Source of the DNA: a virus
Taxonomy: Duplodnaviria > Caudoviricetes
DNA length: 37,116 nt
Strand: one strand, 5' to 3'
Virus record (IMG/VR): IMGVR_UViG_3300008255_000071
Location: 1-37,116 of that record
Shown: one piece after another, positions 7,999 through 16,352 of the stretch
Layout: each line of letters starts with the position of its first letter
Numbering within the stretch: position 1 is the first letter of the stretch
Made by a program: the position numbers and the translations under genes
Notes under the pieces: model-generated
The model's database searches: none
The model's input: the letters and a program-made list of their open reading frames with translations, nothing else
What the model was told of the DNA's origin: nothing

Positions 7999-10900
7999 AT
8001 GGGAATATACGACGACTTCCAAAAACAAAAGGGGTCGTTCGCGGCACCGAAACCCACACCACCAGCTCCGGCTCCGGTAGCTGAAACGCCTTGGTATCGG
8101 AAGCTGTCTGAAAAACTAGGCATTTCTGAGCCCACACCAGCCGCTCAGCCACAGCCAACCCCGCGAACGACTCAAGAGCCCGCTCAGCCTAAGCAGTCCG
8201 TCTACGAGCGATTTCAGGCCAACCAGGGCAGTCTTGACGCACCTGCTCCCGTAGCTAGACCGGCATTCGCCAGAGAAGGGCAGATTCAAGACACGACTGC
8301 TTCGCCAACATCTACCGCCAAAACTGCTCCCCCGCCTCCCCTTTCCGTTTACGAGCAGTTTGAAACTGAGCAGGAGCTTCGTGAGGCGCAATCCGCAGAA
8401 GCTACGCTCCAACAAAAACAGAAAGCGAGGCAGCGGATTCAGGACCTATTCACATATGATCCAGTACGTTTGCTCCGTCCGGGCGCAACACCAGAAAAAA
8501 AGACGAAGCTCAGCGAGGTCCCGGGTATTGCCGCACGCACTGGTGTTGCTGTAGTGTCTACTTTCCCCAAGTTATTCACAGATCCGGAGGTGGCTGATCA
8601 GTTTAACAAAGGCCTCGTCACTGGAATCGAGGCGCTCAAAGGCGCTGTCAAACGAGCTGTGGCCGCCGGTACTCGCAACCTTCCTTTTGGAACTGAAGGG
8701 GACAAGCGCGTCGCGGCTAAACTAGATCTGTCCGCAGAAAAAAACGACGAGTTGGTGCGCGTGATGAGCGAGTATGGAGGCCTTGAGATTAGTAAGCCGG
8801 GCCGGTTTGCAGATAAGATTCAGGACCCGGAGTGGATCGCCTCGGGCTTGGGAATGAACTTACCGAACTTGGCCGCCAGTATGGGTATTGGTTTAACTAC
8901 GGCCGGCTTAGGCGCGCCGGCAGTAGTAGTGGGCGGCTCGCTTTTCACTGTCACCGGCTTGATTGAGGCTGGCAGTTTTTTGAGCGAAGCAGAGAACCTA
9001 GGCCTAGACAAAGAAAAGGCAGAGAAGGCGGCTTTGTTTGTAGGAGTGGCCAACGGCGTGCTGGAGAGCTTGCCAATTATGAGGCTACTTGGGAGCAATC
9101 CAATAGCAGACAAAATCAAGGGGAAGATTCTAGGAGTGGTCGCCAAAGAGATCTTATTGCAGGCGGCTTCTGAAGGTGTGACAGAAAGTATACAAGAGAT
9201 CACAGTTAATGCGGCAATGATGGTTTTAGGCGAGGAGCGCGAATTGTTGGAAGGGACACCCGAGGCCGCCTTCTTTGGCTCGATTTTTGGCTTCCTGTCC
9301 GGCAGTGGCAATGTGATCGTTCGCACGCCAGGCGCGCCGGGCGGCGTGACTGAGCAGCAAAAAGAGGAACCGCAGCCAGAGCCGCTAGGCCCGGACGTGC
9401 CTCCTCCCGGGGAGCAACCGCCACTTGGACCAGAGCCGCAGTCTGAGGAAGGCGATGCAACAGCGCTAAAGACCACGCCGCCGCAAAGCACACAAGAGGT
9501 AGTGGATCGGTATCGCGAACAGATCATTGAGCCGGCGACCAAGGAAGGCCAGGCCGTGATCATAGACCCTGACAAGGGCAAGCCGCTTTTTGGCGGTGAC
9601 TTTGCGCCGGAGAACCACAAGTTTTATTCGCAAGCCGCGGTGCAGCTTTTTGAAGAGTCACTCAAAACAGTAGAAAATCCAGTGGTCCGCTTTATCGCCG
9701 GCGGTCCGGGTAGCGGCAAAACCAACTTCCTGTTGCCACGAGCCACTCAGGAAGGCTTCGATGGAATCGTTTTTGATACCACTTTTGCCGACTACAAATT
9801 CGCCAAAAAAATGTTTGACTTGGCCGAGGCGGCCGGTAAGCAGGTGGAAATGACCGCAATCATCCCAGATCTAAAGACTGCCCGCTTTTACTCACTTAAG
9901 CGTGCGGCTGAAGGCACTGAAAAAGGACGCAGTCTGACTGACGACTTTTTCGCGGAGCGACACTCTCAGGCCCCGGACGCTTTTCTAAGGCTAATTCAAG
10001 AAGGGAAGGATCTAGGGATAGTAGATATTCGAAGAGCCAAAGGGGCAACTGAACTAACTCGCCAGTTGCAAAATCCAGTCGCCACTGACCAGGCCATTGC
10101 AATTCTTAAAGAAGTGTTGTATACTAAGGATGAAATCATTGAAATTATAAAAGATGTCACCTATGAACAATCAACCACTGACACTCGAAACACTGAAGGC
10201 GGCGTACCTATTCCTGGTGGAAGCGGGCCAGATTCAGCAGGAGGTCCCGGACGAGGAACTCGACCAGTTTCTACAGAAGACGCTGGACCAGAGCCAAGCC
10301 AAATAATCGCGACCAACACCAAAAACCTTCGCCAGATTTACGCGAAGGCTGATGGTGCGCAGGCAGCGCTAGACGACCTACGCTTAGAGTTGGAGCTTTC
10401 TGAGCCAGGGGAGCGGACATTCGCGATTAACCCGGACTACACCACCACGCCGCTCCGCAGTCCATCTACTTTCCCGAAATGGGTTAGCCCGGAGAACCGG
10501 TCCAAAGATCTTTTTTTGAAAGTATTTGATAAGCTGGCTTCAGTTGAAGCTATCGCCTTCCCCACTGGTGCACGAACCCGACAGCGTAATTTTTACAACG
10601 AGCTCCTACAAAAAATGGACGAGCGCCTGGGGGTAGACACCACCTCTGAGCGTCGTGCTATACTGGAAGCATATGGCGATGAAACCACAAGAGAAAGCGC
10701 GACTACAGCGACTGGCGAACGCGTCGCTGACCGAGGAGCGACTGCTCCAACAGAAGGAGAAGCAGCCCTCGAAGAGTTCGGATTCGACCTCTCGGCAGAA
10801 CCCGAATACAAAGCTTTAGCCTTCCAATCTTCGCGCGCGCCGGAGTCTAACATCCCGGCTAAGAAAGGCCTTGAATACGACAAGGTGATTAAGCGGAACA

Positions 10901-13900
10901 AGATCGCCAAGGATCTTTCCCGCCGTTTTGTGGTACCGATTCGCCGTGGTAGATTCCGCCGGCCCGGAGCGGCTGCCATATTCTACTCCGACACTAAGAT
11001 TATCCGCTACAAGAGCGGCGGCTTGCCGACTATCTTCCACGAGATGGGCCACTTCCTAGACGACAAGATGGAGTTTTTCAAGTACTTTATGGGCCGTGGT
11101 AAAAACATTACCGAGCGGGACGCGCTGATGGTAGAGTATGGCAACGGCGAGATGTATAAAAATCAGCCCAAGACGCGCTCCAAAGAAGCAACAGCGGAGT
11201 TTATACGCTGGTACTATTCCGGCGAAAGGACCAAGGCGCTGAAAGCCGCGCCAGGATTTTACGCTGTATGGGAAAAGAGAATGGAAGAGTTGCCGGAGAT
11301 CCGGGACGTATTGGATCAGGCCGCGGCTGACTACGCACGCTGGCTTGATATGCCTTCAGTGGCTAAAGTGCAATCACAGATCTCTACGGAAAGCGACGAC
11401 GAGTTGCAAACTTTTGGCGAGCGCGTCACTGAGAAGTGGCACCGTCTTTTTGAAATGAGCGTAGACGACCTGCACCCGATTGAAGAGTTTACCAAGCAAG
11501 CTAAAAAGCGTGGCGTCACTTTTAATTCTGAAGAGGATCCTTATGTGTTGGCTAGGCTGACTCGCGGTTGGCAAGGCAAGGCTGAAGCATTTTTGGAGAA
11601 GGGGACTTTCGGCCGCGTCTTTTGGAAAACTACAGATGGCAAGACCGTGCTCAACACCAACGGCAAATCACTCAGGGAGATCCTAAAGCCGCTGGAAGAC
11701 AAGGGCGCCCTTGGCAATTTTTCTATCTACCTAGTAGCTCGCCGGGCCAACGAACTGAGCGCACGCGAGAAGCCGATTCAAAGTGGAATCAATAAGGCCG
11801 ACGCGAATATGGCGGTCAGCGAACTGGAAACAAAATACAAAGACTTCCCGGCTAAGGCTGAGGAGCTGTATGCGTACCAAGACAGGCTACTGGACTATGG
11901 CAAAGACAGCGGTTTGTACGAAGACGACCTTCTAAAAAAGATCCGACAGATGAACCGCTCATACGTCCCCTTCTTCCGTGTGTTTGAAGAGCTGGAGAGC
12001 CGCGGCTATATGGGCCGAGGGTTTGGCAACGTCCGCAACAACCTAAAGAAAATCAAGGGCAGTGATCGGGAGATCGTCAATCCGCTAGAGTCAATCGTAA
12101 AGAATACCTACGCCATCATCAACGCCGCAGAGCGCAACAATGTGATGTTGGCGATGGCGCGCCTGGCGCAACAAGACTCAGAGCTTGGCCGACTGTTCAC
12201 TAAAATTGATCGGCCGCAACAAGCGACCGCTGTCAATGTTAAAGAAGTGCTGGATGCCGCGCTTGGCGGCAAAGGAATCCGGGAGTTTTTGACGCCAGAT
12301 ACTCAAGAAACTCTCGACTCCCTAGACGAGCGAATTGTGAACATCTTTCGTCCTTCTTTTATTGCTCGAGGTGATACCATCACTGTCCTAGTGAAAGGCA
12401 AGCCCCAGTTTTTTGAAGTGCAAAAGGATCTACTCCGGGCCGTGCAAGCGCTGGATATTGAAAGCGCCGGCATTTTGGTCAAAATGCTTTCTTATCCGGC
12501 GAAGTTTTTGCGCGCTGGTGCCACTTTATCCCCGGACTTTATCGTACGCAACCCTGCTCGCGACCAACTGACGGCGGCCATCTTTTCGAAATACAACTAC
12601 ATTCCGGGTGTAGACCTGGCTCGTGGTATGTTTGGCTTGGTCACTCAAGACAGTGACTACTGGTTGTGGCGCATGGGTGGCGGGGAGCACGCGGCGATGG
12701 TATCGCTCGACCGTGAGTATTTACAAAAGAGCATAGAGCAGGTGATCTCTAAGCGTGGCAATGAAGCTATCAAAGACGCGCCACTTCGGACTTTACTCAA
12801 GGCGGGCAAGAATCCCCTTAGAGCGCTTCAGATTATGTCTGAGTTTGGTGAAGCCGGTACACGTATCGGTGAGATGAAGAAGGCGCTCAAAGCTCAAAAA
12901 TCGCCTATTGAGGCGGCATTCGCAGCTAGGGAAGTGACCTTGGACTTTGCACGCATAGGATCAAAGACCCGGGCTTGGAATCTGCTGGTGGCTTTTTGGA
13001 ACGCCAACGTCCAAGGAAACGAAAAAATGATCAGGGAGTTTAAGCGCAACCCCAAGGCGACCACTGTCAAAGCCCTCATTTATTTAACCATCCCCTCGAT
13101 CCTGCTGTACATGGCCAACCGCGACGACCCTCGATGGAAGGAAATACCACAGTGGCAAAAGGATCTCTTTTGGATTGTCTTGACAGATGAAAACATCTAT
13201 CGTATTCCAAAACCGTTTGTGATCGGCCAGATCTTCGCCTCGATGCCAGAGCGCATTTTAGAGTACATAGACAATGACAACCCCCAGATCTTTGAATCGC
13301 TTTGGGAAAACATTGTCAACGGAGTTAGCCCTGGCGTGATTCCGACTTTTGCCTTGCCATATATCGAAGACGTAACCAACCACTCTTTTTTCTTGGATCG
13401 TCAGATCGTACCAGAAAGCCGTGAGGACTTGCCGGCAGAAGCGCAGTACGGAACTTACACTAGTGAGTTTTCTAAAGAAGTCGGGCAGATCATCAAGTAC
13501 TCGCCGGCCAAGATTGATAACTACATCAAGGGGTATTTCGCAGCGCTCGGTAGCTACACCGTGGACGTGATTGACAAGATCCTAATTGGCACCGGAATCA
13601 CCAACCCCGTGCCCCGGCCACAGCGTAAATTTGAAGATCTACCAGTGATCAAATCATTTATGATCTCGGAGCCAATCGGCAGCCGGTCCCAATCTCTGAA
13701 TGAGTTTTATGAGGAGGCCAACCGCGCCCAGGCCGCCTCTAACTACTACAACGAACTGCTGAAAAAAGGCGAGGGTAAGAAGGCGATGGAATTTCGCAGT
13801 AAGAATCCGATCGTGGACGTGGGTACGTATTTCGCAGCTGTGCGGGAGCAGTTATCAACCATCTCCTCTCTAAAGCGTGTTATAATGGAGCATAGGACTC

Positions 13901-13995
13901 TCAGCCCGGCTGAGAAGAGCCGGAGGATAGACGCGCTGGATCGGCAAATGACGCATATTTCGGAGCGCGCCCTCCGGATTCGTTTTAAGCAATAG
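7999..13995 (+). CDS. Large polyvalent (ejection) protein: hydrophobic helices, zeta-toxin-like P-loop kinase, zincin HExxH domain, C-terminal LPD38-like domain
   Basis: FIAGGPGSGKT + IVFDTT + KRAAEG..GRSL (zeta-like); IFHEMGHFLD...EATAEF (metallopeptidase); WKEIPQWQKDLFW...YRIPKPF...PERILE (LPD38). Confidence 0.8.
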   Translation: MGIYDDFQKQKGSFAAPKPTPPAPAPVAETPWYRKLSEKLGISEPTPAAQPQPTPRTTQEPAQPKQSVYERFQANQGSLDAPAPVARPAFAREGQIQDTTASPTSTAKTAPPPPLSVYEQFETEQELREAQSAEATLQQKQKARQRIQDLFTYDPVRLLRPGATPEKKTKLSEVPGIAARTGVAVVSTFPKLFTDPEVADQFNKGLVTGIEALKGAVKRAVAAGTRNLPFGTEGDKRVAAKLDLSAEKNDELVRVMSEYGGLEISKPGRFADKIQDPEWIASGLGMNLPNLAASMGIGLTTAGLGAPAVVVGGSLFTVTGLIEAGSFLSEAENLGLDKEKAEKAALFVGVANGVLESLPIMRLLGSNPIADKIKGKILGVVAKEILLQAASEGVTESIQEITVNAAMMVLGEERELLEGTPEAAFFGSIFGFLSGSGNVIVRTPGAPGGVTEQQKEEPQPEPLGPDVPPPGEQPPLGPEPQSEEGDATALKTTPPQSTQEVVDRYREQIIEPATKEGQAVIIDPDKGKPLFGGDFAPENHKFYSQAAVQLFEESLKTVENPVVRFIAGGPGSGKTNFLLPRATQEGFDGIVFDTTFADYKFAKKMFDLAEAAGKQVEMTAIIPDLKTARFYSLKRAAEGTEKGRSLTDDFFAERHSQAPDAFLRLIQEGKDLGIVDIRRAKGATELTRQLQNPVATDQAIAILKEVLYTKDEIIEIIKDVTYEQSTTDTRNTEGGVPIPGGSGPDSAGGPGRGTRPVSTEDAGPEPSQIIATNTKNLRQIYAKADGAQAALDDLRLELELSEPGERTFAINPDYTTTPLRSPSTFPKWVSPENRSKDLFLKVFDKLASVEAIAFPTGARTRQRNFYNELLQKMDERLGVDTTSERRAILEAYGDETTRESATTATGERVADRGATAPTEGEAALEEFGFDLSAEPEYKALAFQSSRAPESNIPAKKGLEYDKVIKRNKIAKDLSRRFVVPIRRGRFRRPGAAAIFYSDTKIIRYKSGGLPTIFHEMGHFLDDKMEFFKYFMGRGKNITERDALMVEYGNGEMYKNQPKTRSKEATAEFIRWYYSGERTKALKAAPGFYAVWEKRMEELPEIRDVLDQAAADYARWLDMPSVAKVQSQISTESDDELQTFGERVTEKWHRLFEMSVDDLHPIEEFTKQAKKRGVTFNSEEDPYVLARLTRGWQGKAEAFLEKGTFGRVFWKTTDGKTVLNTNGKSLREILKPLEDKGALGNFSIYLVARRANELSAREKPIQSGINKADANMAVSELETKYKDFPAKAEELYAYQDRLLDYGKDSGLYEDDLLKKIRQMNRSYVPFFRVFEELESRGYMGRGFGNVRNNLKKIKGSDREIVNPLESIVKNTYAIINAAERNNVMLAMARLAQQDSELGRLFTKIDRPQQATAVNVKEVLDAALGGKGIREFLTPDTQETLDSLDERIVNIFRPSFIARGDTITVLVKGKPQFFEVQKDLLRAVQALDIESAGILVKMLSYPAKFLRAGATLSPDFIVRNPARDQLTAAIFSKYNYIPGVDLARGMFGLVTQDSDYWLWRMGGGEHAAMVSLDREYLQKSIEQVISKRGNEAIKDAPLRTLLKAGKNPLRALQIMSEFGEAGTRIGEMKKALKAQKSPIEAAFAAREVTLDFARIGSKTRAWNLLVAFWNANVQGNEKMIREFKRNPKATTVKALIYLTIPSILLYMANRDDPRWKEIPQWQKDLFWIVLTDENIYRIPKPFVIGQIFASMPERILEYIDNDNPQIFESLWENIVNGVSPGVIPTFALPYIEDVTNHSFFLDRQIVPESREDLPAEAQYGTYTSEFSKEVGQIIKYSPAKIDNYIKGYFAALGSYTVDVIDKILIGTGITNPVPRPQRKFEDLPVIKSFMISEPIGSRSQSLNEFYEEANRAQAASNYYNELLKKGEGKKAMEFRSKNPIVDVGTYFAAVREQLSTISSLKRVIMEHRTLSPAEKSRRIDALDRQMTHISERALRIRFKQ
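10097..10125 (+). promoter_or_regulatory. Intragenic sigma70-type promoter TTGCAA-17bp-TATACT
   Basis: -35 at 10097-10102, -10 at 10120-10125, exact 17-bp spacer, upstream of nested ORF 10163. Confidence 0.65.
10163..10306 (+). CDS. Nested +1-frame 47-aa ORF, candidate antitoxin (MNNQPLTLETLKAAYLFLVEAGQIQQEVPDEELDQFLQKTLDQSQAK)
   Basis: cctATG start like many genes here; own promoter; amphipathic acidic helices while the main frame reads as a G/P linker; alternative in-frame ATG at 10154. Confidence 0.6.
   Translation: MNNQPLTLETLKAAYLFLVEAGQIQQEVPDEELDQFLQKTLDQSQAK
10656..10664 (+). promoter_or_regulatory. Intragenic extended -10 promoter TGcTATACT
   Basis: TG 10656-10657, TATACT 10659-10664, TAGACA at 10634-10639 (19-bp spacer), ATG 8 nt downstream. 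Confidence 0.5.
10673..10819 (+). CDS. Nested +1-frame 48-aa ORF (MAMKPQEKARLQRLANASLTEERLLQQKEKQPSKSSDSTSRQNPNTKL)
   Basis: ATG at the expected +1 of the extended -10; overlaps an inter-domain linker of the main frame. Confidence 0.4.
   Translation: MAMKPQEKARLQRLANASLTEERLLQQKEKQPSKSSDSTSRQNPNTKL
13852..13886 (+). promoter_or_regulatory. Consensus extended -10 (TGtTATAAT) inside the 3' end of the polyvalent gene, probably driving the lysis/RusA block
   Basis: TG 13878-13879, TATAAT 13881-13886; weak box-like TTATCAACC 13852-13860. Confidence 0.5.
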
Positions 13996-14000
13996 AGCAT

Positions 14001-14204
14001 ATGGCTTACTACCAATCACTGAACAAGCAGGAAAAATACTTTGGGTATTTTATGGTGGCGCTTCTTCTCGGTATTCAGTTTTTCGCTATTGGATCACTGG
14101 CTCTCCGTGCAATCCGGGAAAGAAGTTTGGACTCTGTCCGCTTCCTTGTCGGTGTCGCCGGTCGAGGGGAGGCATTGACTGAGTTTGATCATTTAGACTA
14201 CTAA
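14001..14204 (+). CDS. Small single-TM membrane protein
   Basis: YFGYFMVALLLGIQFFAIGSLAL hydrophobic helix; tightly packed between neighbours. Confidence 0.6.
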   Translation: MAYYQSLNKQEKYFGYFMVALLLGIQFFAIGSLALRAIRERSLDSVRFLVGVAGRGEALTEFDHLDY

Positions 14205-14209
14205 ATCTT

Positions 14210-14494
14210 ATGGGAACAAAAACATCAAATCTGCCGACTTGGTTGCAGTCTTCAACCGGTGAAGGTCTTCCACTTCGGGTCAAGAGTTTTTTGGTCGGCG
14301 TCTTGCCGGCCGTGCTGGCTATCTCGCACTTAACCGGTAACCCGATTTTGGAAGTGGACGCGAACATGTGGGTTGAATCGCTGGTGGTAATCGTGGAAAG
14401 CGCCGTAGCATTGATCGCCGCTGTCTATCACTTCGCTGGCTGGGTCCGTGCCCGTTACTACAAAGAGAATAATCTTGGCAAATTCTCCGCTTAA
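14210..14494 (+). CDS. Putative holin (two TM segments)
   Basis: SFLVGVLPAVLAISHL and LVVIVESAVALIAAVYHFAGWVR, basic tail, upstream of the amidase. Confidence 0.6.
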   Translation: MGTKTSNLPTWLQSSTGEGLPLRVKSFLVGVLPAVLAISHLTGNPILEVDANMWVESLVVIVESAVALIAAVYHFAGWVRARYYKENNLGKFSA

Positions 14495-14498
14495 AAAA

Positions 14499-14843
14499 AT
14501 GAAATTCTTCAACACCCTACGAAAAAAGCTGCCGTTTGACGACTGGTTGCCCGGCGAGCCGGAGCAAGACCCCAAGAAAAAGCCCAAGGCTTTGTATATT
14601 GTGGCGGTCACCGGTGACACTGGGCAACTGGTCCGACTAGCAACCAAGTCTTTCGATCACTTGAGAGCAAATCTCCGGCGCTTTCACGACAACAGAGTCA
14701 ACTATATCGCTAGAAGGTGGGGTCGTGGGATGAAAGAAATAGACGCCTTCGCTGTGTATAGCGAAAAAGCACAGGAGCAGATCCGGACCAAAGACCAGGC
14801 ATTTGCAATGTTGTCGGCCAAAGTAATGTCTGACCCGAAATGA
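14499..14843 (+). CDS. Hypothetical protein
   Basis: ATG 14499 right after the previous stop; stop overlaps the rusA start (ATGA). Confidence 0.6.
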   Translation: MKFFNTLRKKLPFDDWLPGEPEQDPKKKPKALYIVAVTGDTGQLVRLATKSFDHLRANLRRFHDNRVNYIARRWGRGMKEIDAFAVYSEKAQEQIRTKDQAFAMLSAKVMSDPK

Positions 14844-15172
14844 TAATTCTGATAAAAGAAAAGCCTCTTTCTGTCAATGACGCGTGGCAAGGCAGGCGAT
14901 TCAAGACACCGGAGTATAAGACCTACGAAAAGCTGCTCCTACTGAACTTGCCGAAGCACAAAATGGTCAAGGGCAAGGTCGCGATAACGTACCGCTTTCA
15001 CCTCAAAAACCACTCCCGGACGGACAGCGACAACCTACTCAAGTGCCTTAATGATATACTGGTGAAGAAAGGGTACATCGAAGACGATCGGAAAATCTAC
15101 GAGTCCCACGTGTTCAAAATACCGGCAAAGGACGACTCGATGGAAATCAACATTCAACCTATCGACATATGA
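14840..15172 (+). CDS. rusA: RusA-family Holliday junction resolvase
   Basis: KPLSVN, DSDNLLKCLNDIL, IEDDRKI catalytic aspartate pattern. Confidence 0.88.
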   Translation: MIILIKEKPLSVNDAWQGRRFKTPEYKTYEKLLLLNLPKHKMVKGKVAITYRFHLKNHSRTDSDNLLKCLNDILVKKGYIEDDRKIYESHVFKIPAKDDSMEINIQPIDI

Positions 15173-15819
15173 ATATAATCTACGCACCGAATTATAAAAA
15201 AGGATCTACTGTCTACCACGCGATCCACAACGCCGGGGGAATGGGAAATGATCCCTTTGCCTCTTCGATTAACCTCACCGCAGCGCAGGTCAACGAGGCA
15301 CACCGCCAACGCTGGAACTTCCCGGACTCTATAGTGAAAATGCCGGACGGCTCACCGAGCTACATTGGCTACAATTTTATGATCGATAGAGATGGTAAGA
15401 TAACGCAAGGTCGGGCAATCGGAAATGAAACCGCAGCGCAGCGCGGCTATAACTTCAATGGCGTGGCCATTTCTATAATGCTCTGCGGAAACGGCGAAAA
15501 AAGCCCCGTCACGGGCAAAGCGGTGGATCAGCTTACTATGGAGCAACTAAAGGCGCTACGGGCTCTCCACGCCGTGTTACCGCCTGTCTGGTACCCGAAC
15601 ATTGTCCCACACCGTCGCCTACAGCCTACGACTAGCTGCTATGGCTCCGCTCGCAATGAAGTCTGGGGCAGGAATCTAATCGTGGCCGGGATTTTGGATC
15701 AGATCGCAGCGGAGCTAATGGACTTGCTTGCGAAAATAAAGGCTATGCCAAAAACTTTTGGGAAGGCTTTGTATCTTTCGGACCAGTTGCAATGTAATGA
15801 ATTAGACGTACGCGGTTAG
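15169..15819 (+). CDS. N-acetylmuramoyl-L-alanine amidase (Amidase_2 / T7 lysozyme-like endolysin)
   Basis: IHNA, IGYNFMIDRDGKITQGR, ISIMLCGN, IVPHR, TSCYG (His/His/Cys Zn ligands). Confidence 0.82.
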   Translation: MNIIYAPNYKKGSTVYHAIHNAGGMGNDPFASSINLTAAQVNEAHRQRWNFPDSIVKMPDGSPSYIGYNFMIDRDGKITQGRAIGNETAAQRGYNFNGVAISIMLCGNGEKSPVTGKAVDQLTMEQLKALRALHAVLPPVWYPNIVPHRRLQPTTSCYGSARNEVWGRNLIVAGILDQIAAELMDLLAKIKAMPKTFGKALYLSDQLQCNELDVRG

Positions 15820-15820
15820 T

Positions 15821-16063
15821 ATGAGTCAGAAATTCGAAAAGAAATTGCGCAAAGAAGCGCGCGCTAAACTGAGCCACGAGTTTGAGTTGCTCAAACAGAT
15901 GATGGTTCCGGCGCCTAAAAATCCCCTGCTCAAGCATTTGTGGCATTGGGGCTTGCGCTTTTACTTCAAGGCCGAGATAGATTATCGGCCCGACAAACGA
16001 CACGCTGTCACCCTGCCCGGGGTCGTAGCCGGGCCGGACACAAAAGAAATCCCCGGCCAATGA
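15821..16063 (+). CDS. Hypothetical basic protein
   Basis: Starts 1 nt after the amidase stop; ends in a terminator hairpin. Confidence 0.6.
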   Translation: MSQKFEKKLRKEARAKLSHEFELLKQMMVPAPKNPLLKHLWHWGLRFYFKAEIDYRPDKRHAVTLPGVVAGPDTKEIPGQ

Positions 16064-16074
16064 CCGGGGGTTTT
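16047..16074 (+). terminator. Intrinsic terminator of the lysis block
   Basis: CCCCGG-ccaatga-CCGGGG followed by GTTTT. Confidence 0.65.
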
Positions 16075-16120
16075 AATTAAGCTGTAGATCCGCAAGCTTG
16101 CGGATCTACAGCTTAATTAA
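16073..16120. repeat. Perfect 48-bp palindrome with no spacer
   Basis: TTAATTAAGCTGTAGATCCGCAAG|CTTGCGGATCTACAGCTTAATTAA. Confidence 0.97.
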
Positions 16121-16121
16121 C

Positions 16122-16149
16122 TTGCGGAAATTTGTCAATATCTTATACT
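16122..16149 (+). promoter_or_regulatory. Putative sigma70 promoter TTGCGG-16bp-TATACT
   Basis: Abuts the palindrome; upstream of SD-led ORF 16191. Confidence 0.45.
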
Positions 16150-16190
16150 GAAAATACACTCTACGGATCACCAACAAAAGGAGGCTACCC

Positions 16191-16343
16191 GTGACGCATT
16201 ATTGCTGCACTTGCAAGCGGACAACGGGCTTCCACTGGGAAGGCCTCCGCACGGTCTGGTTCTTCCGGACATACCACATTTACATCTGCGACGACTGCCG
16301 GACTGGCGAGGTGCTGGTCTACGCGGGAATCGCTCTGAACTAG
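16191..16343 (+). CDS. 50-aa zinc-ribbon-like protein (MTHYCCTCKRTTGFHWEGLRTVWFFRTYHIYICDDCRTGEVLVYAGIALN)
   Basis: AAGGAGG SD then GTG; CxxC...CxxC; not in the ORF track. Confidence 0.7.
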   Translation: MTHYCCTCKRTTGFHWEGLRTVWFFRTYHIYICDDCRTGEVLVYAGIALN

Positions 16344-16352
16344 GAGGGGAGC

